Made by a program: the position numbers and the translations under genes
Shown here: piece by piece, positions 54,097 through 63,986 of the stretch
How positions within the stretch are numbered: position 1 is the first letter of the stretch
Layout of the letters: each line of letters begins with the position of its first letter
Origin: Bacteroidales bacterium
Lineage (GTDB): Bacteria; Bacteroidota; Bacteroidia; Bacteroidales; UBA1715
NCBI GenBank assembly: GCA_017642535.1
Contig: JAGCOW010000042.1
Location: 64,777 to 128,776 of the forward strand
Reading direction: 5' to 3'
DNA length: 64,000 nt
Notes under the pieces: generated by a model
Seen by the model: only the letters and a program-made list of their open reading frames with translations
What the model was told of the DNA's origin: nothing
Database searches by the model: none

Positions 54097-55428
54097 ATGT
54101 TTGAGAATTTATCGGAACGATTGGAGAAATCGTTCAAATTACTGAAAGGACAAGGAAAAATCACCGAAATCAACGTTGCCGAAACGTTGAAGGACGTTCG
54201 CCGTGCGTTGCTCGACGCCGACGTGAACTATAAGATTGCAAAACAATTTACCGAAGATGTAAAGCAAAAAGCACTCGGTCAGAGTGTGCTTACTGCCGTG
54301 AAACCGGGCGAGATGATGACGAAAATCGTCCACGATGAACTTACTGCCCTAATGGGCGGCCAGAAAACCGACATCAACCTCAAAGGCAATCCTACCGTGA
54401 TTTTGATGGCTGGTCTGCAAGGCTCAGGTAAGACAACCATGTCGGGTAAGTTGGCGAATATGCTTAAATCAAAACAAGGCCGTCATCCGTTGTTGGTTGC
54501 CTGCGACGTGTATCGTCCGGCCGCAATCAATCAGTTGCAGGTGCTTGGCGAACAAATTGGCGTGCCTGTTTTTGCCGATTTGAGCGACAGCAATCCCGTG
54601 AACATTGCCGAGAAGGCAATCCGTCAGGCAAAACTGAACGGACAGGACGTGGTGATTGTCGATACTGCCGGCCGTTTGGCGGTTGACGAGACCATGATGA
54701 CCGAAATCACAAACATTAAGAATGCCATAAACCCGAACGAAATCTTGTTCGTGGTTGATTCCATGACTGGTCAGGATGCAGTGAACACGGCGAAGGAATT
54801 TAACGACCGCTTAAACTTCGACGGCGTAGTTCTTACGAAACTCGACGGCGACACCCGTGGTGGTGCGGCGCTTTCTATCCGTTCGGTGGTTGACAAGCCG
54901 ATAAAATTCGTCGGCACGGGCGAAAAACTCGAGGCAATCGACGTGTTCTATCCCGAACGTATGGCAGATCGTATTTTGGGCATGGGCGACATTGTTTCGT
55001 TGGTGGAACGTGCCCAAGAACAATACGACGAGGAAGAAGCACGCAAGTTGCAGAAGAAGATTTCGAAGAACCAGTTCAATTTTGAAGATTTTCTTGCCCA
55101 GATTCAGCAGATTAAGAAGATGGGTAATCTGAAAGACTTGGCTTCGATGATTCCGGGAATGGGCAAGGCATTGAAAAACATTGACATTGACGACGATGCG
55201 TTCAAGGGCGTTGAGGCGATTATCCGCTCAATGACTCCCGAGGAACGTGCGAATCCAATCATACTGAACGGTTCCCGTCGAAAACGAATCGCATTGGGTA
55301 GCGGCACCTCGGTGCAAGACGTGAACAAACTCATCAAGCAATTCGACGAGACGAAAAAGATGATGAAGATGATTACCGGCAGCAAAGGCAGCAGACTGAT
55401 GAAGAATATGATGCCAAAAATGAGATAA
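54097..55428 (+). CDS. ffh: signal recognition particle protein Ffh
   Basis: GLQGSGKTT, DTAGR, TKLDGD, and a Met-rich M domain. Confidence 0.95.
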   Translation: MFENLSERLEKSFKLLKGQGKITEINVAETLKDVRRALLDADVNYKIAKQFTEDVKQKALGQSVLTAVKPGEMMTKIVHDELTALMGGQKTDINLKGNPTVILMAGLQGSGKTTMSGKLANMLKSKQGRHPLLVACDVYRPAAINQLQVLGEQIGVPVFADLSDSNPVNIAEKAIRQAKLNGQDVVIVDTAGRLAVDETMMTEITNIKNAINPNEILFVVDSMTGQDAVNTAKEFNDRLNFDGVVLTKLDGDTRGGAALSIRSVVDKPIKFVGTGEKLEAIDVFYPERMADRILGMGDIVSLVERAQEQYDEEEARKLQKKISKNQFNFEDFLAQIQQIKKMGNLKDLASMIPGMGKALKNIDIDDDAFKGVEAIIRSMTPEERANPIILNGSRRKRIALGSGTSVQDVNKLIKQFDETKKMMKMITGSKGSRLMKNMMPKMR

Positions 55429-55431
55429 GTT

Positions 55432-55590
55432 CTAAAAATCGAAAGTTGCAATACTCTTTAGATACGCAACGTTATTTTTCATTTGCTTAATTTTTTTCTC
55501 AGATGTTTTTTTCTTCGCATAGAAATTCCTCACGAAATTCTCCGCGTCAATTCCTCGTAAAACAGGTGTTTCTTTGATTTCATGTGCCAT
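55432..55590 (-). CDS. possible small protein (52 aa)
   Basis: Hand translation gives MAHEIKETPVLRGIDAENFVRNFYAKKKTSEKKIKQMKNNVAYLKSIATFDF*. It is below the track cutoff, and no family was recognised. Confidence 0.3.
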   Translation of the reverse strand: MAHEIKETPVLRGIDAENFVRNFYAKKKTSEKKIKQMKNNVAYLKSIATFDF

Positions 55591-55729
55591 AATTCATAAT
55601 TTTCTGCAAATATAAAGCAATCTCCATGAAAACACAATCCGCTGTGAGTTTTTTATTCTGTTTTTTCAGCGAAAAACTAAAAATGCTATAGCTAATACTT
55701 CTCCCCCTCCAACATAGGGATTTTTTCCA

Positions 55730-55737
55730 TATCTTTG
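55730..55737 (+). promoter_or_regulatory. candidate -7 box (TATCTTTG)
   Basis: Matches TAnnTTTG, 34 nt upstream of ATG 55771. Confidence 0.35.
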
Positions 55738-55770
55738 TCTTAAGAATATGAACTAAAAATTATTTCGACT

Positions 55771-58125
55771 ATGAAAAAATTCCTGACACTTTTTGTTTTT
55801 GGGGTATTGACGTCATTTGTATCTAATGCACAATATACTGAAACGAAAGACATTACTCCTCTTGGATTCAGCGGAGCCTTTACAGAATTACAATACGGTA
55901 AGTCGGTCGGGTTAATTGCCTTAAATAATTATGGAGTTCTTTACACAAGTAAAGATACGGGTAGAACTTGGATTCCCCAACTTCCGCCATTAGAAAAGGC
56001 TCAAGAGATTGTAATGTATAATGAGACATTAGGGTTTATTTATAATGAAACCCAGATGTATAGAACTACGGATGGATGTGCGACATGGCAAGAACTTTCA
56101 ATGAATGGCGTACCTAAAGTTCTCGAAAATCAGAATGTTATTTTTAATAGTTTAAAGATAAAGAACGAAGACACTTTGTTTTTAGCTGTCAGAAATAAAA
56201 TAAATGGCTTAAAACTGTATATGAGTGGAGATAAGGGCAATACGTGGAAGATGGTGGCAAAGGATATAATGAACAACTGGATAGGTGGGGTATTTCTCGT
56301 TCTGCATTTTGATTCTCCGCTTATTGGTTATGGATACTGCTACGGGTGTCAAATATACACAGAAGATGGTGGTGAAACTTGGACTAACACAAAATACTCC
56401 AATTTTGAAGATTCATATTTGATGGCTTTAAAGTCGGTAAAAGGAGGTGTTTTACTTCATCATCTAAATTATGACACTAATAATTCTGAATTATTCTGGT
56501 GTGAAAGCGGTGCAATGAAAGAGAAAAAAATATTGTATAAAAACATTGGTGGCAATTTTATTTCTGAATTAGTATATCTACAACAATTCTCTGATACCAT
56601 AATCATGGTAGATAATGATTATTTTGTTTATAAAAGTTATGACTATGGGGAAAATTGGGAGATTGATTCATTAGGTTATTCGAAATGGAAAATAAATAAA
56701 GCATTTTTTTTTAATAGTCAAATAGGTGTCGTTGTTGGAGGAAATCTTACTTCTTATGTTACAGTCAATGGAGGGGAAACATGGACAAAATATGTACACG
56801 GGGGTGGAGACGGCTTCAATAATATTTATTGTAAAAATGAAAATGAATGCTTTATTACAGGAAAAACAGGACGTGTATTTTCCACAAAAGACGGTGGAGA
56901 GACATGGAAAATACAAAATGTACATGATGGTGCATTGTATGAGATAGAATTTCCTACAACAAATATCGGATACATAGTTGGACCTCAGGTTTTAGTAAAA
57001 TCAACTGACGGAGGAGATAGTTGGAATAAAGTAACTACAGAAATAATGGATTCCCGATACATTGACTTTGTTACTAATGATGTAGGTTACATAGGATATG
57101 CCAATATGACTCCTCTTATGTATAAAACAGTAGATGGAGGAAATTCATGGAATGTTTTGGTAGATAAAACTTATTTAACATATAAGAAAAGTGGTTCATA
57201 TCCTTTTTCGTTTAGAAATGAAAACGAAGGTGCTGTTTGTGGAAAAAATGTAGTGCTATATACCTTTGATGGAGGAACCTCATGGCGTGTCATATTTGAA
57301 ATGCCAGAACATACACAACTAAGGAACTTGTTGTCATTAGGAGATAATGGGTGGTTATTATATTCTGGAAATACAACCACAGACTATAACTTAGATAAAT
57401 TTTTTCTTTGTGATTGTGACTTCAATTGTCAAGAAGTATTTTCAGGCACAAATTCTTCTTATTCAGGAGAACTTCAAAAAATCAATGACACCACGTATAG
57501 ATTTACTTACGATACATTAGACTATATCTCTACAGATGAGGGACTTACATGGAATCCAATCTATACAGGAATGAAAGGACAACGCTTTTTTGTAAATGAA
57601 AATCTTGGATATTCCATCACGAACAATCAAATCTATAAGTATTGTGTCACTCCAACGGAAATGCAAATGGAGATTATAAAAAATGACACGTACAATTATT
57701 CAGTAACGCCAATATACGATGGGAATCCAACAACAATTGTCCTCTATCTTACAGATGAAAATAATGTAAAACATAAAATTACAGATGAGATAAAAATCTC
57801 CAATGGAATGCCCGTCACAATAGAGATTCCAGCCTCCTTGCCTTTTGGTTCATATACCCTTTATGTGGAAGCACTAGACAAGAAATATCTCTCAACCAAT
57901 GTTGGGACTATTGTATTGGAGAAATCCAATGCAATTACGGGTTGTCAGGTACAGTCACCTATCTATCGTGTCAATGGCAAAACCTTGTATGTATATGATT
58001 CTTCGGCGAAACTATATACGGTTTTGGGTGTAGAAATTCCCATTCAAAACGGAGTTGCAGAATTGAAGGCAGGGGTATATATTTTGCAGACAACGCAAGG
58101 ACGGGAGAAAGTTGTGGTGAGGTAA
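55771..58125 (+). CDS. BNR/Asp-box repeat beta-propeller protein with T9SS C-terminal sorting domain (784 aa), paralog of 40524-42950
   Basis: About 11 SxDxGxTW-type boxes are present (SKDTGRTW, TTDGCATW, SGDKGNTW, TEDGGETW, SYDYGENW, TVNGGETW, TKDGGETW, STDGGDSW, TVDGGNSW, TFDGGTSW, STDEGLTW). The tail is LYTVLGVEIPIQNGVAELKAGVYILQTTQGREKVVVR. Confidence 0.8.
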   Translation: MKKFLTLFVFGVLTSFVSNAQYTETKDITPLGFSGAFTELQYGKSVGLIALNNYGVLYTSKDTGRTWIPQLPPLEKAQEIVMYNETLGFIYNETQMYRTTDGCATWQELSMNGVPKVLENQNVIFNSLKIKNEDTLFLAVRNKINGLKLYMSGDKGNTWKMVAKDIMNNWIGGVFLVLHFDSPLIGYGYCYGCQIYTEDGGETWTNTKYSNFEDSYLMALKSVKGGVLLHHLNYDTNNSELFWCESGAMKEKKILYKNIGGNFISELVYLQQFSDTIIMVDNDYFVYKSYDYGENWEIDSLGYSKWKINKAFFFNSQIGVVVGGNLTSYVTVNGGETWTKYVHGGGDGFNNIYCKNENECFITGKTGRVFSTKDGGETWKIQNVHDGALYEIEFPTTNIGYIVGPQVLVKSTDGGDSWNKVTTEIMDSRYIDFVTNDVGYIGYANMTPLMYKTVDGGNSWNVLVDKTYLTYKKSGSYPFSFRNENEGAVCGKNVVLYTFDGGTSWRVIFEMPEHTQLRNLLSLGDNGWLLYSGNTTTDYNLDKFFLCDCDFNCQEVFSGTNSSYSGELQKINDTTYRFTYDTLDYISTDEGLTWNPIYTGMKGQRFFVNENLGYSITNNQIYKYCVTPTEMQMEIIKNDTYNYSVTPIYDGNPTTIVLYLTDENNVKHKITDEIKISNGMPVTIEIPASLPFGSYTLYVEALDKKYLSTNVGTIVLEKSNAITGCQVQSPIYRVNGKTLYVYDSSAKLYTVLGVEIPIQNGVAELKAGVYILQTTQGREKVVVR

Positions 58126-58156
58126 GCGTTTTATTTCTTTCAGTGGCAACAAAAAC

Positions 58157-58184
58157 GTAGAGACGCGATTAATCGCATCTCTAC
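58157..58184. repeat. GTAGAGACG...CATCTCTAC hairpin, copy E
   Basis: gtagagacgcgatt aatcgcatctctac forms 14-nt arms with one mismatch. Confidence 0.75.
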
Positions 58185-58204
58185 AATAACCGACTGATAG
58201 TCAA

Positions 58205-58827
58205 TTATTTGTTTGTTGGAACAACAAATCCCACTGGTTTTCGTGGCTTTTTCTGCGTTTGTGTCAATGAATCGACTTTTATGCTTAATTCTGTCATTGA
58301 ATCGGTCAGGGCGTCTAACTGCCCTTGCATCAATTCGTTGCAATCATTTTGGTCACGGAGAATATCCTCGATATATGCTTTCTGGTTTTGCAGTTCCAAG
58401 CGAAGATTTTCTATCTGCAATGAATTTTCCGACAAACTCACAATTCGCTCTCGCATTTCTACAAATGCACGCATAATATTCACGCTCATAATTGTTGCAA
58501 TAGGACTTCGCAACACAGCAGAAAGCATAGCGACACCTTGTTCCGTAAAAACAAACATTTCTGAAGCCCCAATGTTGTACTGTGAGGGTATCACATTTTG
58601 TGACACCCCACTGAGTAACAAATAGTTACATTCATCTTTCGTCATACGAAACATAAAATCTTCGGGAAATCTATCTGGATTTCTTCTAACGGCTTGTTTC
58701 AGTGCCCTGTTTCTTGATATAATAATGCTAAATCTCTATCTATCATTACATTTTTCCCTCGGACGTTATAAATTCTTGTCCGAATAGTTGCCATATCGGC
58801 AACTGCTGATATTTTGTCTTTTCCCAT
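58205..58827 (-). pseudogene. ORF6N/KilA-N-like DNA-binding protein gene with a frameshift
   Basis: The upstream frame reads MGKDKISAVADMATIRTRIYNVRGKNVMIDRDLALLYQETGH* (ATG 58827). Shifted by one base, the reading continues RALKQAVRRNPDRFPEDFMFRMTKDE... into ORF 58205-58654. One base appears to be missing near 58705-58712. Confidence 0.7.
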
Positions 58828-58982
58828 TTTGGTAGTTTTAGTGTTGCAAAAGTACTCTTTTTATACAATCGCCCAAGAAAAAGAAACTGAAAAAAAGAAA
58901 AACAATGAAGGTTGTGGTGAGGTAAAAAGTATTGTTTATAATGCAAATCCATAAAGCAAGATAATTGTTTCGTAAAATAAAG

Positions 58983-58990
58983 TATCTTTG
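58983..58990 (+). promoter_or_regulatory. candidate -7 box (TATCTTTG)
   Basis: Matches TAnnTTTG, 25 nt upstream of the folD ATG. Confidence 0.35.
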
Positions 58991-59014
58991 CCGTTGAACA
59001 ATAAATATTTGGAT

Positions 59015-59887
59015 ATGGAACTGATTGACGGAAAAAAAGTGAGCGAAGCAATCAAACAGCAGATTGCCGCCGAAGTGGAACAAATAAAGGCTCGTGGCGA
59101 AAAAGTGCCTCATCTTGCCGCAATACTTGTCGGCAATGACGGCGGTAGCGTCACCTACGTGAACAACAAAGTGAAGGCCTGCGAGCAATGCGGTTTCGTG
59201 TCCACGTTGAAAACCTTCGATGAAAACATTTCAGAAGAAACGCTTTTGAAAACGGTTGAGGAATTCAATAACAACGATGACATTGATGGTTTCATTGTTC
59301 AACTTCCATTACCAAAACATATTGATTCACAGAAAGTTATAGAAACTATCAATCCAAACAAGGATGTTGACGGTTTTCATCCTATGAATGTGGGCAAAAT
59401 GATGATTGGTCTGCCGTGCTTTAAGTCGGCAACGCCTGCGGGTATTCTTGAATTGTTGAAATTCTACAATATAGAAACGGCAGGGAAACATTGCGTCATC
59501 ATAGGTCGAAGCAATATTGTGGGAAAACCTATGAGCGTGCTTTTGAGTCAGAAAGGTTGGGACTGCACAGTCACATTGTGTCATAGCCGCACAAAAAATC
59601 TTGAAGAAGTTTGTGCATCGGCCGACATTCTGATTGCCGCACTTGGTACGCCTGGCTTCGTGAAAGCGAATATGGTGAAGGAAGGTGCCGTAGTAATCGA
59701 CGTGGGAACCACACGCGTTCCTGCTCCCGAAATTCCACGTGGCTGGCGCTTGAAAGGCGATGTGCTATTCGACGAAGTTGCCCCGAAATGTAGTTACATC
59801 ACGCCAGTTCCTGGCGGCGTTGGTCCAATGACAATCTGCTCGTTGATGATTAACACCTTGCAGGCGGCAAAAGGGAAGAAGGCGTAA
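59015..59887 (+). CDS. folD: bifunctional methylenetetrahydrofolate dehydrogenase / methenyltetrahydrofolate cyclohydrolase
   Basis: [21 protein letters not shown]...[13 protein letters not shown]...[10 protein letters not shown]...[10 protein letters not shown]. Confidence 0.9.
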   Translation: MELIDGKKVSEAIKQQIAAEVEQIKARGEKVPHLAAILVGNDGGSVTYVNNKVKACEQCGFVSTLKTFDENISEETLLKTVEEFNNNDDIDGFIVQLPLPKHIDSQKVIETINPNKDVDGFHPMNVGKMMIGLPCFKSATPAGILELLKFYNIETAGKHCVIIGRSNIVGKPMSVLLSQKGWDCTVTLCHSRTKNLEEVCASADILIAALGTPGFVKANMVKEGAVVIDVGTTRVPAPEIPRGWRLKGDVLFDEVAPKCSYITPVPGGVGPMTICSLMINTLQAAKGKKA

Positions 59888-59912
59888 TTCAGTTTCAGTA
59901 TTATTAAATTGT

Positions 59913-60758
59913 ATGTATAAAATCCCTTTCTTATATATACTAATGTGCTTGATGTCTGCAAATGTTTTTTGTCAGATTATTGAGCCGCAACTGTTTTCTG
60001 TCTCCGAGACAAAACAAGTCGTGTTTTCCAAAGGAAATCTTGTTTATAATCAAAATACTAAAAAATATTCTTTTTACAAATATCAATATAGCGGGAAATG
60101 GCTTCCAACTCGTCTTCATAAATGTGGAACCTATTTCAGTAGTCCATCGGGAGATTTGACTATGTTGTTTTCTTGGGATGAATGTCAAAAATGGAGAGAA
60201 AATGCCGACAAATGGTGTATTTTGTCCAAAGAAGAATGGGAGTATCTTATAGAAAAACGTGAAAATGCAAAAGAACTTTGTTTTTTAGTTTCTTTTAATA
60301 CTTCAATTATAGATGAACATGAGGGGGTATTACTTTTCCCTGATAATTTTAAATTGCCCAAAGACGTGTCATTAGATAAATTTGAAGTCACAAGAGTTGG
60401 ATATAAAAAGTTTAATTTAACGACAGAAACTGTTCGTTTGTTGGAAACATACGGAGCTGTTTTTATACCACAATGTGGAATGGACACCAGGGGGTGTTAT
60501 TGGACTTCTTCAATAGATGATGATTCCTATGGGAAGTATGCATATTGTTTATATTTTGACTTTCTTAATAATGCATTAGGTTTAGTTTCTTTTGGGAAAG
60601 ATATAGATAGGTCAAACAAACCATTTTATGGTGTAAGATTAGTTAAACCCGCATGTATAAAAAAAAAGACTATAAATCCCATAAAAACACACCGTATCAG
60701 GCATATCATCAAACAGAAGTCAAAGGTAAAAGTATATTATTGTTCTTTTCCTGGGTAA
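59913..60758 (+). CDS. hypothetical secreted protein
   Basis: The signal peptide is MYKIPFLYILMCLMSANVFCQ. FSVSETKQVVFSKGNL... and ...GCYWTSS...YGVRLV resemble uncharacterised Bacteroidales surface proteins. The gene is low in GC. Confidence 0.55.
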   Translation: MYKIPFLYILMCLMSANVFCQIIEPQLFSVSETKQVVFSKGNLVYNQNTKKYSFYKYQYSGKWLPTRLHKCGTYFSSPSGDLTMLFSWDECQKWRENADKWCILSKEEWEYLIEKRENAKELCFLVSFNTSIIDEHEGVLLFPDNFKLPKDVSLDKFEVTRVGYKKFNLTTETVRLLETYGAVFIPQCGMDTRGCYWTSSIDDDSYGKYAYCLYFDFLNNALGLVSFGKDIDRSNKPFYGVRLVKPACIKKKTINPIKTHRIRHIIKQKSKVKVYYCSFPG

Positions 60759-60879
60759 GTGCCAAACATTGTTTGCAGTCTATTGATTTTTTTTGTGTTG
60801 TGTGGGACGAAATATGATTGCGATATATTCCAATCTTTCAAAATTCTTATTATTTTTACCAAAATAAATTTTTAGAAAA

Positions 60880-61713
60880 ATGAAACGAAAAATTATCCTT
60901 ATTCTCAGTATTTGTTGTGCGTTTACGTGTGCCAATGCGCAACGTTTTATAAGTGGAGCATTGAATAATGCTGCCAACGCTGCTGCAAAAGGAGTAAGTA
61001 ATGCTGTGGCAAAGAAGGCCGAATCCATTGCCGAGAAGCAAATGGAGGTGTATTTGTCAAAGAAACTTAGTGCATATGAACAACATCTTGCCGAAGAAAG
61101 TAAAAAATATCAGGCCGCTATGGGTGCATGGCAAGATTCGCTCATTGCAATGACGAATGTGCCTTTTGAGGAAGAATATGATTTCAATACGTTAGTTAAT
61201 TCCGAAATCGTTATGACCAGCGAAGACGGTGAAAAGGAAACATTGGCTTGTACCTATTACTTGAATTCTGACGCCGAATACTATGGTTATGGTATGGGCG
61301 AAATGGTAACGGTGATGGACTATAAAAACAATGTAATGGTATGTTTTTCTACAAATGACACGAGCAAAGTGTATTTCGCATATAAATATACGGAAACGCC
61401 AACAACGGCAAGCGATGAAGGGATAGAGAAACTCTCGGGAAGCAAAACGATTTGTGGTTATAGTTGTTCGGGTTACAAATTCATAGGTCCGCTTTATACT
61501 GGAAACTGCTGGGCGTCAACAAGTCCCGATTTCAATGGAAAATATACCAATTTGTATGTCCCCAAAAACAATTACGGATTCCCGCTCTATATGGTCGGAA
61601 CAATTTATGGCGAAAACGGCAAGAAGGTTGATTATGTCTCTGAAGCAAAATCAGTAAAGAAAAATGCAGGTTTTAAGCTTCGTAAGACAGATTACAAAAA
61701 TATGTTTGAATAA
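60880..61713 (+). CDS. hypothetical secreted protein
   Basis: The signal peptide is MKRKIILILSICCAFTCANAQ. No motif was recognised with confidence. Confidence 0.55.
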   Translation: MKRKIILILSICCAFTCANAQRFISGALNNAANAAAKGVSNAVAKKAESIAEKQMEVYLSKKLSAYEQHLAEESKKYQAAMGAWQDSLIAMTNVPFEEEYDFNTLVNSEIVMTSEDGEKETLACTYYLNSDAEYYGYGMGEMVTVMDYKNNVMVCFSTNDTSKVYFAYKYTETPTTASDEGIEKLSGSKTICGYSCSGYKFIGPLYTGNCWASTSPDFNGKYTNLYVPKNNYGFPLYMVGTIYGENGKKVDYVSEAKSVKKNAGFKLRKTDYKNMFE

Positions 61714-61718
61714 ATTAT

Positions 61719-62666
61719 ATGGCGAATATTCAAATATCAGTTGTAATTTCTCTTCTGAACGAAGAGGAATCTTTGAAAGAACTTATGGATTGGATTCATA
61801 AGGTGATGACTGAACATAATTTTTCGTACGAGGTTATTTTTGTTGATGACGGCAGTACCGACAATTCTTGGCAGATAATTACCGAGCTGTCGCAGCAGTA
61901 CGAACAGGTAAAAGCGATAAAATTCCGTAGAAATTACGGAAAATCTGCTGGTTTGTACAAAGGTTTCGAGAAAGCCGAAGGCGACGTTGTCATTACTATG
62001 GATGCTGATTTGCAAGATTCTCCCGACGAAATTCCTGAATTATACCGAATGATTACCGAAGAAGGGTACGACCTTGTTTCTGGTTGGAAAAAGAAACGTT
62101 ATGATCCTGTTCTGACGAAAAATCTTCCGAGCAAACTCTATAATGCAACGGTTCGATTGATGACAGGTATAAAACTGCACGATTTCAATTGTGGTCTTAA
62201 AGCATATCGCAAGCAAGTGGTGAAAAGCGTTGAGGTTTACGGCGAAATGCACCGCTATATTCCTGTACTGGCAAAATGGGCGGGATTCAAGAAAATCGGT
62301 GAAAAGGTCGTCTTGCATCAAGAACGAAAATATGGCGTTTCAAAATTCGGAATCGAACGATTTATCAGAGGGCCGCTGGATTTGCTTTCGGTTATGTTTA
62401 TGTCAAGATTCAGCAAACGCCCGATGCACTTTTTCGGTTCCTTGGGAACAATCTGTTTTTTGATAGGTTTCGTCATTCTTATTTACCTGTCGTATATGAA
62501 ACTGGTGGAATTGCAATATAATATGACGCAACGTCCGCTGTTTTATCTTGGTATTGTCTGTCTCATTTTGGGCGTACAGTTGTTCTTGGCTGGCTTCCTT
62601 GCCGAAATGATTTCGCGCTCTTCGTCGAGCAGAAACGAATATTTAGTTGATGAGATTATAAAATAA
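61719..62666 (+). CDS. family 2 glycosyltransferase (polyprenyl-phosphate sugar transferase, GtrB/ArnC-like)
   Basis: ISVVISLLNEEESL...EVIFVDDGSTDNS...TMDADLQD, plus two C-terminal TM helices. Confidence 0.85.
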   Translation: MANIQISVVISLLNEEESLKELMDWIHKVMTEHNFSYEVIFVDDGSTDNSWQIITELSQQYEQVKAIKFRRNYGKSAGLYKGFEKAEGDVVITMDADLQDSPDEIPELYRMITEEGYDLVSGWKKKRYDPVLTKNLPSKLYNATVRLMTGIKLHDFNCGLKAYRKQVVKSVEVYGEMHRYIPVLAKWAGFKKIGEKVVLHQERKYGVSKFGIERFIRGPLDLLSVMFMSRFSKRPMHFFGSLGTICFLIGFVILIYLSYMKLVELQYNMTQRPLFYLGIVCLILGVQLFLAGFLAEMISRSSSSRNEYLVDEIIK

Positions 62667-62672
62667 CATTGT

Positions 62673-63986
62673 ATGGATTTCACAATCAAAACATTAGGAG
62701 CATGTAAAATCAAGTCTCCGCTGAAATTGTCTAAAGTTAAAGGCGACGGAATTTACGACTACGTTGAAGACGGTGCGCGGGTGCTGTATTCGTCATCGTT
62801 GGAGGAAGTTCAGAATGCAATAAAGAATAATTTGCCTTTGGATTCTTTTGAAAAACCAGGTCCCAAGGAATATATTTATTTCGACCCGTCAAAGACGAAA
62901 GTGGCAATTATTACTTGTGGTGGACTTTGCCCTGGTCTTAATAATGTGATTCGTGGGCTTGTTACACATTTGTGGAATCGATACGGCGTGACGAATATTG
63001 TCGGCATTCAATATGGTTATGCAGGTTTGAATCCTGACAATGGTCTTCCATTTATTACGCTGACGCCCGATTTGGTTGACGACATTCATAAGGATGGCGG
63101 CTCAATGTTGGGCTCTTCTCGTGGCGATCAACCGATTGAAACCGTTGTTGACACGTTGGAACGAAATAATATAAATATCTTGTTCTGTGTCGGTGGCGAC
63201 GGTACGCTTCGTGGTGCTCACGCTATTCAACAAGAAATTGAAAAACGAAATCTGAAAATTTCCGTTGCCGGCGTTCCCAAAACGATTGACAACGACATCA
63301 ATTATATTGAAAAATCCTTTGGTTTTGAATCGGCATTTGCCGCCGCACAGCCAATTATACTGAATGCCCATTACGAGGCGAAAGGTGCACAAAATGGCGT
63401 GGCTCTTGTGAAATTGATGGGACGTGATTCGGGATTCATCGCTGCAAGTACGGCTTTGGCTGTTCCCGATGTGAATTTCTGCCTGATTCCCGAAATGGAT
63501 TTTGACTTGGATAACGAAAAAGGCACTGGCTTTTTGAATGTCTTGGAAAAACGTCTGGAACGCAAACATCACGCGGTTGTTGTGGTTGCCGAAGGTGCAG
63601 GTCAGAAATTTTTCAAGGGCGAACGTAAAAAAGACGCTTCGGGCAACGTGCTGCACGAAGACATAGGCGTTTTCCTAAAAAATCAGGTTACCGACTATTT
63701 CAAGAAAAAAAATATTCCTATCAGTGTAAAATATATCGACCCAAGTTATATTATCCGCAGTATTCCTGCCAATGCAAACGACAGCAAGTTCTGCGAACAG
63801 TTGACGCATTGTGCGGTACATGCCGCTATGGCTGGTCGTACGGATTTTGTGGTTGGTAACTGGAATGGCTCGTTCACGCTTTTGCCGATAGAGGTGGCTA
63901 CATCGCAACGTAAAAAAGTGGTTCTCGAAGGTGAATTCTGGTGGAGCGTGGTTGAAGCGACAGGTCAACCGATGGAGATGAAATAA
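62673..63986 (+). CDS. 6-phosphofructokinase family protein (ATP- or PPi-dependent not resolved)
   Basis: KVAIITCGGLCPGLNNVIRG, GGDGTLRGA, PKTIDNDI and MGRDSGFIA. Confidence 0.85.
   Translation: MDFTIKTLGACKIKSPLKLSKVKGDGIYDYVEDGARVLYSSSLEEVQNAIKNNLPLDSFEKPGPKEYIYFDPSKTKVAIITCGGLCPGLNNVIRGLVTHLWNRYGVTNIVGIQYGYAGLNPDNGLPFITLTPDLVDDIHKDGGSMLGSSRGDQPIETVVDTLERNNINILFCVGGDGTLRGAHAIQQEIEKRNLKISVAGVPKTIDNDINYIEKSFGFESAFAAAQPIILNAHYEAKGAQNGVALVKLMGRDSGFIAASTALAVPDVNFCLIPEMDFDLDNEKGTGFLNVLEKRLERKHHAVVVVAEGAGQKFFKGERKKDASGNVLHEDIGVFLKNQVTDYFKKKNIPISVKYIDPSYIIRSIPANANDSKFCEQLTHCAVHAAMAGRTDFVVGNWNGSFTLLPIEVATSQRKKVVLEGEFWWSVVEATGQPMEMK

Noticed and set aside
58912-58926. A 15-nt identity (GTTGTGGTGAGGTAA) with the 3' end of the BNR gene (58111-58125), considered as a possible remnant of another T9SS-tail gene.
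   Set aside because: A single 15-mer match is roughly what chance predicts in 64 kb on both strands. No flanking similarity and no upstream reading frame are present.
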